A stretch of 64,000 nucleotides of DNA. It comes from a virus. Taxonomy: Duplodnaviria; Caudoviricetes. Below the pieces are notes generated by a model, which worked only from the letters and a program-made list of their open reading frames with translations, was not told the origin of the DNA and made no database searches. How positions within the stretch are numbered: the stretch's first letter is position 1; each line of letters begins with the position of its first letter. Positions 28,785 to 38,210 of the stretch are shown here, piece after piece. The stretch lies in IMG/VR virus record IMGVR_UViG_3300025410_000009. One strand, given 5' to 3'. The translations under genes were made by a program, and so were the position numbers.

Positions 28785-30335
28785 TTAGCTATATTTATTG
28801 TTAGCTGGCAGCTCTTTAATGACCATGATACGCATGTCAGTGCCGTTAACACCGCTTGGCCATAATGCATGATATGTACGTTTAACTGGGGAGTTAGAGC
28901 CATTAATATTCAAGTATTCGTTATATACTGCCACATCGATCTCTTGACCACCACCTACTACGTCAGCGCCGACTGTGCCCAGCATGTCTAGTTCATCAGC
29001 ATATTTGAAACGACTGGTGTTCAAATTATTGATAAACGAAATAACATACTCGCCGTTCTCGGTCAAACTCAACTGTTGAGTAGAATTAATAACTGCGCCA
29101 CTATCTAACGAGTTAACATCGGCTTGTTTTCTTGTACTAGGAATTGGCAAGTCGTGTTCGCGAACAATAAACTTGTAGAATTGATTATCGGTCGAGTTTA
29201 CACAGAACAAGGGTCTATTGCCGGTATTGGCTGGATCACCGTGTGGGAAGCCAGGTAGTACGCCGCGCACAATGCCGGTAGATTTATCAACGCTGCGTTG
29301 TACCAACAACCAACTAAAACCAAGTGCCAACTCTTCAGGATTTTCACCCCAGACTGACAGGAATAGACCATGGTCGGTCAACACAATACGATAGCTCATT
29401 GGACTGGCTTCTTGTGCAGTTGCATCGTCAACTGGGTTTGTACCAAACAAGCCTGATACTTTTGATTTGTAATTCCAGCGATTTACAAAAAGTTCACCGC
29501 GATTATAAACATCGGGTCCATCACCGTATAGTGTTGCGCCGCTAGTAACTGCAGTTACTCCGTTGGGGCCTGCTGGGGTATGGACGCTAACTCCCGGAGC
29601 TGAAGTAGCCGGTGCGCCCTGAATCTTTGTACTGTCAAGCGGGTCCCAAGGGTTTGACCACGGAGCGCCTGTGTTGCCTACTGGTTCAGTGTATAGTCTC
29701 GGTGCGCCACTTATATAGTCTGTGCCAAACGCCAATTGGCCATCGGTTTGGCCATTTATTAGTGCATGAGCGAACCAAGGTGGTGTCAACGACGCTGCGT
29801 TGCCTGTAGTTAATGTAACTTGATCGTAAGCAATGTGTACGTTTGCAGAAGCAGAGCCAGGATTTCCCGGATCGCCCACTCGAATAGTAGCCGGGGTACC
29901 AAGATATACGCCCATGCTTTTGACTTTTATATTAGCGTCCCAAGCTGTCCAAGTCCCTGTTCTACCGTTTTGTCCGGCAGAATATAGTTCATAGGGCAAC
30001 CACTCAAAAGTTTGGAATACAATCCGCCATGGATCTGTTGCAGGATCGTCAACAGTGACATCACTTCTTGCAAACGGATCCATGTTTGTAGTTGACTCTA
30101 GCACAATGGTGTAGTTTTTTGTGGCGTCTACACTATTATAATTAGTAAAATCAATTGAGTTATCATTTACATAAACTATTTTCATGTGGTTTGCTTTTGG
30201 TACACCAAATAGTGGTGTACCGTTGCCAGATAGATCTCGCACCATTTGCCACAGTAATGTGTTGGTTTCGGGGGCACCTTGCCCGGTATAAGTGGTTACT
30301 GGGATTGTTGGTGCAGATGATGTAATTGTTGCCAT
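28785..30335 (-). CDS. Putative virion structural protein, paralog of the upstream gene
   Basis: 516 aa. Shares WLLVQRSVD / YKFIVRE / RFKYADELDMLGT.GADVV with 30351..32285. Confidence 0.6.
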   Translation of the reverse strand: MATITSSAPTIPVTTYTGQGAPETNTLLWQMVRDLSGNGTPLFGVPKANHMKIVYVNDNSIDFTNYNSVDATKNYTIVLESTTNMDPFARSDVTVDDPATDPWRIVFQTFEWLPYELYSAGQNGRTGTWTAWDANIKVKSMGVYLGTPATIRVGDPGNPGSASANVHIAYDQVTLTTGNAASLTPPWFAHALINGQTDGQLAFGTDYISGAPRLYTEPVGNTGAPWSNPWDPLDSTKIQGAPATSAPGVSVHTPAGPNGVTAVTSGATLYGDGPDVYNRGELFVNRWNYKSKVSGLFGTNPVDDATAQEASPMSYRIVLTDHGLFLSVWGENPEELALGFSWLLVQRSVDKSTGIVRGVLPGFPHGDPANTGNRPLFCVNSTDNQFYKFIVREHDLPIPSTRKQADVNSLDSGAVINSTQQLSLTENGEYVISFINNLNTSRFKYADELDMLGTVGADVVGGGQEIDVAVYNEYLNINGSNSPVKRTYHALWPSGVNGTDMRIMVIKELPANNKYS

Positions 30336-30350
30336 TATTAGTTTTCCTTA

Positions 30351-32285
30351 TTATGATGGTATGTAAGTAAAGAAGAAATCTTTAGATGTATAGCCACCGC
30401 CAGTTTTACTCAAGTATCTATCAAGGTCTTCAGCATTCACTGCATCCACCGTAAACACAATATCAGTTGGCTGTGTGTATGCTGCAGCTTGGATGCCGGC
30501 ACCGCCCAAAACAAAATTACCAGTGTCTTTGTCTAGATCAATGCCAAGCACATGCAATATGCTCTTGCCGCTAGATATATAATACTTGGGTGGATTACGA
30601 GCTATGCCTGTAGAGTCAGTAATTGGTGCTGCAGTTACATTTGTAGTTGGTAGCACAGTTAGCCCATGGCTTATATCGCCTAACGGATAAGGATCGTTAA
30701 ATGTTGCATTTGTGCCAATTTTTGCTATTACACTAGCACCAGCTGGATCGTATGCGCCACCAGCTTGATCTGGCCACCATGGGCCTTGTGGTGAGCACAA
30801 GGCAGCAATTCTTAATCCAGTGTTGTTGGCGCCTGCAGGTGGTAACGCAGCATAGGTTCTAGCACCAAGTTCGCCATAAGCTCTAAATTGAATTTGCTGT
30901 CCTGCCATAACAACATCAGCTGATGTTGTACCCATCAAATCTAATTCTTCAGTGTATCTAAATCTTGGCGTAGTCAAGTTGTGTGGGAAAGTCAACAAAT
31001 ATGTTTTATCTTCAGTCAACACAATTTGATTTTGACTGTTAAACAACATGCAGTTGTCAATGGTATTTTGATCAGCAGGTACACGAGCTGTTGGGTGTAG
31101 TACGTCTGATTCACGAACAATCATTTTGTAATATTTGTAGTTGACACCGTTGACCATGAATACTGGGCACTTGCCTTGAACTAGGGTAGCACCAGTATTG
31201 CGATCAACTGGACGTTGCACCACAACCCAATTGAAATAATTACTACTTGCTGTAGCTGCTGCACGTTGAGTACTCCAGTTACCTTCCCATACACCCAAGA
31301 AGAATCCTCTATTGGCCATGGTCAATCGATAGTTCATTGGATATGTAACTGATTGATTTGCTACACGAATTTTTCTATTATAGAACCCTTCGTTAACATC
31401 CGTAGACACAAACTGCCCATTTGTTTGCAGGCCGCCTATAGAGCCAACACTGTCAATGATGGCGCCGGTATCGTCTGTGATCTTACTAATAGTAACATGC
31501 CCAGCTGCCGGGTCGTTGTTCATCTGTAATGCTGTGGCTATGGCACCCGATACCATCTGCTCGTCAGTGACTGTGAATTGTAATCTCCATGGTTGAGTTG
31601 GCATGGGAACATCAGGTGGTGTTGCATTATCTGTGATGGGATCAAGTTGTGCAGTCACATCCAATGTGAAACTAAACGAGTCGGGATTTTTATTAATCAC
31701 AAGCCCAGTAGTCGGATCAATTATGTTAGAATTGGCTATGGCATTGTATTGTGTTAGCGGAGTTGAGTATTTGTCAACTCGGATAGTAGCAACTTTGGTA
31801 GTGGTGGCATGACCATTAACGTCTGCGGTATAAAGATCAACATTGGCCGATGTACCAACATCTATTTGATTGTATATTAACGAAATATCATAGCCATTTG
31901 TGAGTGAAGGCTCAAAGTCAGATCTCACATCACTGGTCAGTGTAACATTGCCTGATGCACCAGCTGCATCAGTTTGATTTACATAAACATAGAGTGGGGC
32001 ACGAGATTCACCTGCAAAAGTTGGCGGTGTTAACGGTCCATGGGGATCTAGAATCAATCGGTCGCCGGGTGACACTTTATGGATAGGAGTTGCCAAACTA
32101 ACCACAGTAGTTTTTAATGCAACCACATTGAGATTTCCAGCAGCAACATCGCTTGATGTTATGTTTGAACAATTAACTACTGAAAAGAATCCGGTGTTGA
32201 CCATGTCGGCAAAAACGTCAAGCATCACATCAGACACTCTGGTGTAGCCCATACGTTCAACCGAGTAAAAATTTTCTATTGCCAT
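30351..32285 (-). CDS. Putative virion structural protein, paralog of the downstream gene
   Basis: 644 aa. WVVVQRPVD / YKMIVRE / RFRYTEELDLMGTTSADVV; AGGAG SD and upstream GATAAATA. Confidence 0.6.
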   Translation of the reverse strand: MAIENFYSVERMGYTRVSDVMLDVFADMVNTGFFSVVNCSNITSSDVAAGNLNVVALKTTVVSLATPIHKVSPGDRLILDPHGPLTPPTFAGESRAPLYVYVNQTDAAGASGNVTLTSDVRSDFEPSLTNGYDISLIYNQIDVGTSANVDLYTADVNGHATTTKVATIRVDKYSTPLTQYNAIANSNIIDPTTGLVINKNPDSFSFTLDVTAQLDPITDNATPPDVPMPTQPWRLQFTVTDEQMVSGAIATALQMNNDPAAGHVTISKITDDTGAIIDSVGSIGGLQTNGQFVSTDVNEGFYNRKIRVANQSVTYPMNYRLTMANRGFFLGVWEGNWSTQRAAATASSNYFNWVVVQRPVDRNTGATLVQGKCPVFMVNGVNYKYYKMIVRESDVLHPTARVPADQNTIDNCMLFNSQNQIVLTEDKTYLLTFPHNLTTPRFRYTEELDLMGTTSADVVMAGQQIQFRAYGELGARTYAALPPAGANNTGLRIAALCSPQGPWWPDQAGGAYDPAGASVIAKIGTNATFNDPYPLGDISHGLTVLPTTNVTAAPITDSTGIARNPPKYYISSGKSILHVLGIDLDKDTGNFVLGGAGIQAAAYTQPTDIVFTVDAVNAEDLDRYLSKTGGGYTSKDFFFTYIPS

Positions 32286-32349
32286 TCTATATTCTCCTTG
32301 CTTATTTTAAAATAAGGCATAATGTTATTTATCCGTTGCAACAAGTTAC

Positions 32350-33249
32350 TCAACTTGTTGGATTCCATACTGCGTTATACCAAACATACATTTTATGATC
32401 TGTTGTCAGCACCACTGTTTGACCGGTGTAGCCCGATATTGGTAATACATCAACTACATTTGCATCGTAAATTTTTGCTGAATTGTCGGTTACTGCAGCA
32501 AAATAAGTCAAACTCAAGCTCACATTGCCGGATACACCATCAATATTGGTAACACGAGCATACACTTGCGGCTTGGGCGGTACATCTTGATTGGCAAAAA
32601 TGCTGTATTGACGTTGCTGAATAATGCTACCGTCATCGAGCAGTACACTACCATCGTCGGTCAAATGATCAGCTGTGGCCAAAAATGTATAAGGATTTGG
32701 TTCGTTTATATACTGATTTGAAAATACTTCGACTAAAACTGGTCTATTTACAGTTAAACCGTAAACAATGTTGGCAAGTCCGATATCCATTACAAAAAGT
32801 TCATTTGCGCCTGATGGTAGATTTTCAATGAAGTGATGAAATTGTCTACGATTGATAGTGACTGTGTTGGGGGCCCAATTGGCACTGCCAGCGCCATCAG
32901 ATATGATGGTATACCCCTGTTCGCCAGGCTCAACCGGCAACGAGTACGAATTGCCAGTAAATTCACTAGTAATCGACACTGTGCCAGTGATGGCAGCATT
33001 ACCAATGATCGCAGTATTACCGCCAATTGTGGTATTGCCGCTGATGGCCATGGTGCCACCAATTGTGGTATTGCCGCTGATATTGGTGTTGCCAACAACA
33101 TCAAGCTCAACTTGGGGACTGCTGTTGTTTATACCAACACGCAATCGGTTGACATCAAAGTATATTAAGTTACCCTGTATTGATAAATCCAAACCCTCTC
33201 GTTCCAGGTTTGAAAATAGCATTGGGCCCGATATGCGTCCTATTGCCAT
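32350..33249 (-). CDS. Fibre-like structural protein
   Basis: 299 aa. MAIGRISGPML..NL.R start and ISGNTTIGG hexapeptide beta-repeats. Confidence 0.62.
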   Translation of the reverse strand: MAIGRISGPMLFSNLEREGLDLSIQGNLIYFDVNRLRVGINNSSPQVELDVVGNTNISGNTTIGGTMAISGNTTIGGNTAIIGNAAITGTVSITSEFTGNSYSLPVEPGEQGYTIISDGAGSANWAPNTVTINRRQFHHFIENLPSGANELFVMDIGLANIVYGLTVNRPVLVEVFSNQYINEPNPYTFLATADHLTDDGSVLLDDGSIIQQRQYSIFANQDVPPKPQVYARVTNIDGVSGNVSLSLTYFAAVTDNSAKIYDANVVDVLPISGYTGQTVVLTTDHKMYVWYNAVWNPTS

Positions 33250-33259
33250 GGTGTGTTAA

Positions 33260-33679
33260 TTATAATGTAATGGCTGTGCTGGCGTATCCATGCAAAACAA
33301 TAATTGGTTGTCCTGAATTTGGTGGTGCAGTAAAAGTCAGTGTGTTGCCAGCAACCGTGTACACTACACCGGGATTTTGAAAAACATTACCAACAAAAAT
33401 TATCATGTTGGCTTCTTGTCCTGCAGAGTATGCAATCGAAATAGTGTACGAAGTGGTTGAACCATCACCCATAAAAGAGTCTTTGGTTATAGCTGTGGTT
33501 CCTTCTATGCTGACCACACGCCAACTGCCATGAGTATAATACTCAAACTTGCCAGTGGTGGAATTCAATCTGAATAGCCCGTCAACTGGCGAGCTTGGCC
33601 CAACAGCACTGGATCCATATGGAGCTCGTATGCTGTAGCTAGCAGATCGCAATTCACGATTCTTTATAAATCTTCCCAT
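33260..33679 (-). CDS. Small structural protein with an 'FxGDG' module
   Basis: 139 aa; KDSFMGDGSTTSY...VFVGNVFQNP...Y...TLTFTAPP. Confidence 0.62.
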   Translation of the reverse strand: MGRFIKNRELRSASYSIRAPYGSSAVGPSSPVDGLFRLNSTTGKFEYYTHGSWRVVSIEGTTAITKDSFMGDGSTTSYTISIAYSAGQEANMIIFVGNVFQNPGVVYTVAGNTLTFTAPPNSGQPIIVLHGYASTAITL

Positions 33680-33681
33680 GG

Positions 33682-33990
33682 TTACACGCTAATTGTGTTA
33701 ATTGTTGCAACTACTACACCGGGAGTGGTTGCTGATGCCCACAAACTGTCACCGTCATCTAAAATAATTTTTTCAGTATCGATCAAGTAAGTGTCTTGGC
33801 CAGTCAAATTAATTTGATTGTAAATTAAATTTGTTGCCGATGCTGTGTTGCCACTGCTGACTGCATGTACATTGACCATGGTGGCATTGCTGTCAGTGTT
33901 ACAAAAATAGCCAACTACTAGTGCGTTGACACCAGTACTGGTAAAAATTGCTGTTGGGGCTGTGCCCAGCATGGTTGTTGTTATTGCCAT
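33682..33990 (-). CDS. Small virion beta-sandwich protein
   Basis: 102 aa (FCNTD...IILDDGDSLWA), similar in pattern to the 119-aa and 109-aa modules. Confidence 0.6.
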   Translation of the reverse strand: MAITTTMLGTAPTAIFTSTGVNALVVGYFCNTDSNATMVNVHAVSSGNTASATNLIYNQINLTGQDTYLIDTEKIILDDGDSLWASATTPGVVVATINTISV

Positions 33991-34000
33991 GGTATTCCTA

Positions 34001-34618
34001 TTATAATATCAATGAATATATCAGTGCCTTGCGACGAGTAATCAACTCATCAGCTGGGCTTTGTGTGTTTCTAATAAACAATCCCGAACCACCGCCACTG
34101 GGCACTTTGGCATACACCGTGGTGTACCCTGTGACTGGATCAGAATCTGTAGTTTCGTGTCTAACTCGTAAAATGGTCTGCAAATTCAATGCACTTGACT
34201 CAGGTGTGTGTATTGTGATGTCACGGTCTTGATCACAATAAATCATGTAGCCATTTGTGTTTAAATCGCCACCAAGATGTGGGTCAGTGTCAGTGACCAA
34301 TTTTGTACCTGATAGTTCGCGCCAATTGGTTCCAGAATTGATTTCCCAAACCAGCGAGTGCTCGTTCCAGCGTATACCAGCCTGCGGGCTATCACCGCGA
34401 TTGACTTCGATGCCAGCATTGAGAGTTGGTGCCCCAGTTACCCCAGCATTTAAAGTTATGAAATTATCATAAACCAAAGTGTTAGCTGATTCAAGAGCTG
34501 TTGACGACCCAAGCACAAACAAATTGCCGTTGATGGTAAGATTATTTGTATCTATTGCTATGTTGCCGTTGGCAGCAACTAGGTTATAATCTCCGGATAT
34601 TCTTTTGGTAACAGACAT
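34001..34618 (-). CDS. Fibre-like structural protein
   Basis: 205 aa; NAGIEVNRG...IRWNE and DTDPHLGGDLNTNG motifs. Confidence 0.6.
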   Translation of the reverse strand: MSVTKRISGDYNLVAANGNIAIDTNNLTINGNLFVLGSSTALESANTLVYDNFITLNAGVTGAPTLNAGIEVNRGDSPQAGIRWNEHSLVWEINSGTNWRELSGTKLVTDTDPHLGGDLNTNGYMIYCDQDRDITIHTPESSALNLQTILRVRHETTDSDPVTGYTTVYAKVPSGGGSGLFIRNTQSPADELITRRKALIYSLIL

Positions 34619-34637
34619 CGTATTTCCCGCTTTAACA

Positions 34638-34645
34638 TATTTATA
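34638..34645 (-). promoter_or_regulatory. T4-type late promoter TATAAATA
   Basis: Exact consensus, 19 nt upstream of ATG 34618 and just downstream of a terminator. Confidence 0.7.
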
Positions 34646-34659
34646 TCAAAAGTCTAGAT

Positions 34660-34689
34660 AAAAAAATAGCTGCCGAAGCAGCTATTTTT
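34660..34689 (-). terminator. Intrinsic terminator (UUCG loop)
   Basis: Minus strand AAAAATAGCTGC-TTCG-GCAGCTATTTTTT. Confidence 0.85.
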
Positions 34690-34706
34690 AATTGCCAAGT
34701 TGATTC

Positions 34707-36374
34707 TTAACCGTAATAGGCCAAAATGTCAAAGTTTTGGATCCATACTAGGCTATCAGCAGTTTGTTCGGTCACTTTAGAATAGTCCAAAGTCCAAGCA
34801 GCTGATTTGTATTCACCTGCAGGCCAGTCGCTACCATCAGTAGCACCCGAATTTGGTGCAAAGATCCAAGCATCGTTAAACGCTGACATTGGCACTAACA
34901 GAGCACGGTGAGCAGTTAGCTTGGTCACAAAGTACAAAGATGAAGTGTAGTCCATGGCCAAAATAGCAATTTCGCCAGGATTTTGTGGCCAGTGGCCAAC
35001 CAACTGTGCTGACTGTTCAATTAGTGGACGATTTGCTACTTCTTCAGACAAAATAACAGCACCGTCGATTTGACCAGCCACAGTAGTAAGATCGCCATGG
35101 ACATTTTTCAATGTAAATGTGCTGGTACCATTTGTGGCAGTAACTTCGTAATAACAACCGCTATAATATCCGCCAATGGATCCTGCACCAGTCAAGTTAC
35201 CGTGAATAACCACATAGCTACCAACTGCAAATGTACCAGCTGGCTGCGGAATACTGATACTAAAAGCACCGTGTGTGTTTGTAGCAGTTAATACACCATA
35301 TTGTGCAGATGTCAAACTGGCAAATTGGCGTTCACGAGTTTTATATCTACGGCTCGAAACTTGCTTGATGATGTTAACTGGCAAGTAGGGAACTGCGCTT
35401 AACAATTCTACAGGGCTATAACCATAAACAGTGATAGCGCGAGATACATCAGTAAAACTATAACTTTCTGGAGCAACAGCATACACATCGTAACTGGCGT
35501 TGGCATCAGGAGTAAAGCTCACCAATGGGCCACCTGTAACAATGTAAGCACCTTCGCTTACAGCAATTTCATAGCCATCGCCTGGATTGGTAACATCAAA
35601 GCCCAATAGACCCAAGGTGATAGTGGCTTTAGCGCCAGTACCACTGCCAGTTATAGTATCCAACACACCGGCTGCACCAGTGCTAGGGAACACAGTATAG
35701 TTGCCAGGCACTGAAGGAGCACCAAAACTGTAAGCACCCCATACTAGATTGTCTAGTACCAAACCAGCACCGTTGTTGTCGATTGGGCCATCATGACATG
35801 TTGCTGTAAAACCGTTGGATCCACCTGCAATGGTAGTCGGGGGAGCACCAGTACCAGTCCATACACCTGGGTTGACAACCACAATACTTGTTGCGTGACC
35901 GCTGGTGCCAGCAGTGACTTTGACTGTTAAGGGTGTAGAGAAATTGCTGTGTGAATATGTGACTTGGTCACCGTTGGTGCCATTGCCAGGATCCAAATTG
36001 TTACCGCCGTTATTGATATGAGGAGTGCCAATGATAGTAATGGCGCTAACTGGGGCACGAGCTTTTGTGCTGGCTGTACCAGTATGCACTTCAACTACAT
36101 CACCCACTCGATATCCTGTACCATTTGCTGTTGTTGCAAACGACAAGGCTTGATAGTGTGCTACCACCTGAGCGGTGATACCATCAGCCATCTGTGGGGC
36201 TTCAACAACATACGTAGGTTGCACTGTCCAACCGTCGCCAGTACCGTTTACTGTAATGCTTTCAATACCAGCGCCGCCTAGACCAGCATCACCTGCTGTG
36301 TTGGCTGCACCGTAGTTGCCATCCCGACCTGGATTGCGACTACCAAAATATTTTTTACTTAAAGGACGTCCCAT
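34707..36374 (-). CDS. Putative virion structural/decoration protein (MGRPLSKKYFG...)
   Basis: Start re-called at ATG 36374 with an AAGGAG SD; 555 aa. IESITVNGTGDGWTVQP and GTGYRVGDVV motifs typical of T4-like structural proteins. Confidence 0.6.
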   Translation of the reverse strand: MGRPLSKKYFGSRNPGRDGNYGAANTAGDAGLGGAGIESITVNGTGDGWTVQPTYVVEAPQMADGITAQVVAHYQALSFATTANGTGYRVGDVVEVHTGTASTKARAPVSAITIIGTPHINNGGNNLDPGNGTNGDQVTYSHSNFSTPLTVKVTAGTSGHATSIVVVNPGVWTGTGAPPTTIAGGSNGFTATCHDGPIDNNGAGLVLDNLVWGAYSFGAPSVPGNYTVFPSTGAAGVLDTITGSGTGAKATITLGLLGFDVTNPGDGYEIAVSEGAYIVTGGPLVSFTPDANASYDVYAVAPESYSFTDVSRAITVYGYSPVELLSAVPYLPVNIIKQVSSRRYKTRERQFASLTSAQYGVLTATNTHGAFSISIPQPAGTFAVGSYVVIHGNLTGAGSIGGYYSGCYYEVTATNGTSTFTLKNVHGDLTTVAGQIDGAVILSEEVANRPLIEQSAQLVGHWPQNPGEIAILAMDYTSSLYFVTKLTAHRALLVPMSAFNDAWIFAPNSGATDGSDWPAGEYKSAAWTLDYSKVTEQTADSLVWIQNFDILAYYG

Positions 36375-36461
36375 TTTATTTTCTCCTTGTGAAACACGGC
36401 GTTCTAGGCCGTACGCGGTTGGATTTCCGCATAAAACTTGCACCATGCAAGTCGTATAAGA
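36375..36461 (-). promoter_or_regulatory. Structured 5' leader with three consecutive hairpins
   Basis: ACUUGCA-UGG-UGCAAGU, AUGCGG-N8-CCGCGU and ACGGC-N7-GCCGU lie between a CATAAATA box (36462-36469) and the SD. Confidence 0.5.
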
Positions 36462-36510
36462 TATTTATGAAAATTTGTTTTAGCATACCCAGTCATCCAT
36501 AAATATTGGC

Positions 36511-37125
36511 ATGAAATATTTTATTTTTGACTCCAGCAACGACGGTGTTGTCTGGATGGGCAATCAACTGTCTATAGCCAACCGACTGTGTCACGGTTTA
36601 CTTGACTGTGAAATCAGCATGGTTTGGCCAAATAGCAAATCATATCAGGTGCTAACAACAGCGAATGGTGCCAACTTGCATTGGAACTATGCAACAAAAC
36701 AAATGCTACCGCTACCAGAATCGGCTATTAATTCATTATTTGTTGAAAAGAAACGCCTAGCCGGCATACGACATCCTGCTATGTCAAAATTATTTGTTCT
36801 TGGTAGCCATATGATTAGAAAAATTTACACAACAACGGTGCCCACAATTGAAAATGATCTATCATTTGCGCTCGACAATTCAGACCCCAGTAAAGATCAA
36901 TACGACTATTCGGTCACTGAGTACGCACAAATTACTGGGATCACCGACCGTGATGCCTACAAAGAACTTACGCTGTATGTTGAGAACATGCGGACACAAA
37001 AAATCAGAACATTTAGTTACACTGAATATTTTTCTAAAAAAATTAATTCAGCTACTACCCAAGAAGAAATTGCCATAATCATTGAAGATATTGAGAAAAA
37101 ATTTATTACAGATAGTCAAATATGA
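36511..37125 (+). CDS. Hypothetical protein, translationally coupled to the amide ligase
   Basis: 204 aa; ATGA overlap with the next gene; CATAAATA box 5 nt before the ATG. Confidence 0.7.
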   Translation: MKYFIFDSSNDGVVWMGNQLSIANRLCHGLLDCEISMVWPNSKSYQVLTTANGANLHWNYATKQMLPLPESAINSLFVEKKRLAGIRHPAMSKLFVLGSHMIRKIYTTTVPTIENDLSFALDNSDPSKDQYDYSVTEYAQITGITDRDAYKELTLYVENMRTQKIRTFSYTEYFSKKINSATTQEEIAIIIEDIEKKFITDSQI

Positions 37126-38210
37126 TGCGTTGTAATGCATACAATCCCTTGGTTTTTAGAACTATGCAAGGTCCAGACTGGGATCGCTGGCGTTCGTTGT
37201 ACAAATTAATAAATGCAGCCGTGTCAATGAATGACCGTACTGGCTATATTAAAACTCCGGTCAACTCAAATGTGCCAGATGCATTGGCCATGCCCGAGTA
37301 CGATCCTAATTTTGGTTTGAGCTATCAAGACTGCTGTCATAAAAAAGTCAACGAATTGGTTGCGCTGCAAGATCAACTTGGTGTACCCATCAGAGTCATG
37401 TATTCAGGCGGTATCGACAGTAGTCTAATCTTGAGCAGTTTCATTGATGTTCTAGGAGTCAGCGAAACTGCGCGACGCATTGAAGTACTAATGGATCAGG
37501 AGAGTATACACGAAAACCCCTGGATGTGGGATCGATTTATTCGTAGCAATTTCACTGTATGCGACAGTGACAAACATGGTGCATATTACACCAAAGACAA
37601 TATCTTAATCGGTGGCGAAGGAAATGATCAATTACTAGGAACCGACATGTATCGTGACATAGTACGTCGTAACGGCGATGGCATACTCAATGTGAGATGG
37701 ACTGAGGCCAATATTAAATCTCATATGATTGATAGGGGCATGACCAATGCTGAAGCTGACATGTGGTTTGAATTATATATCCAGCAGATGTCCCGAACAC
37801 AAGCACCCATTGACACCATTGGTGATTTTTGGTGGTGGGTTAATTTTAGCTGCAAGTGGACCACAGTGTTTCACAGAATGATGTTTTATGTGCAGAACCC
37901 ACAAGACATCAACCAGGAGTACATGAACACATATTACCAACAATTTTTCAACACAGTTGAATTTCAAAAGTGGAGTTTACGGGATCGAGATCACAAGCAC
38001 CAGGGCAACTATATTACCTATAAGTTTCATGCTAGGGAGTTAGTGGCCAAGACCATGGGTGCGCCCGAATATCTCAACAAGATCAAACGTCCCAGCTTGT
38101 CACATGTGACACGCTTTAAACATGCATGCGATATAATTGACGATTCGTACCAGTTTCACTACAATGTGAATCCCATGGACTGGTACAACCCCGATAACTC
38201 ATTTGTCTGA
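37122..38210 (+). CDS. Stand-alone asparagine synthetase-like (ATP pyrophosphatase) amide ligase, no glutaminase domain
   Basis: 362 aa. PP-loop VMYSGGIDSS and ILIGGEGNDQLLG (compare AsnB SGGLDSS and SGEGADELFGG); only ~90 aa precede the PP-loop. Confidence 0.72.
   Translation: MMRCNAYNPLVFRTMQGPDWDRWRSLYKLINAAVSMNDRTGYIKTPVNSNVPDALAMPEYDPNFGLSYQDCCHKKVNELVALQDQLGVPIRVMYSGGIDSSLILSSFIDVLGVSETARRIEVLMDQESIHENPWMWDRFIRSNFTVCDSDKHGAYYTKDNILIGGEGNDQLLGTDMYRDIVRRNGDGILNVRWTEANIKSHMIDRGMTNAEADMWFELYIQQMSRTQAPIDTIGDFWWWVNFSCKWTTVFHRMMFYVQNPQDINQEYMNTYYQQFFNTVEFQKWSLRDRDHKHQGNYITYKFHARELVAKTMGAPEYLNKIKRPSLSHVTRFKHACDIIDDSYQFHYNVNPMDWYNPDNSFV

Noticed and set aside
28715-28903. 62-aa ORF between two structural genes
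   Set aside because: It mostly overlaps the upstream gene in another frame, has no SD, and its tail contains the promoter and SD of the next gene.
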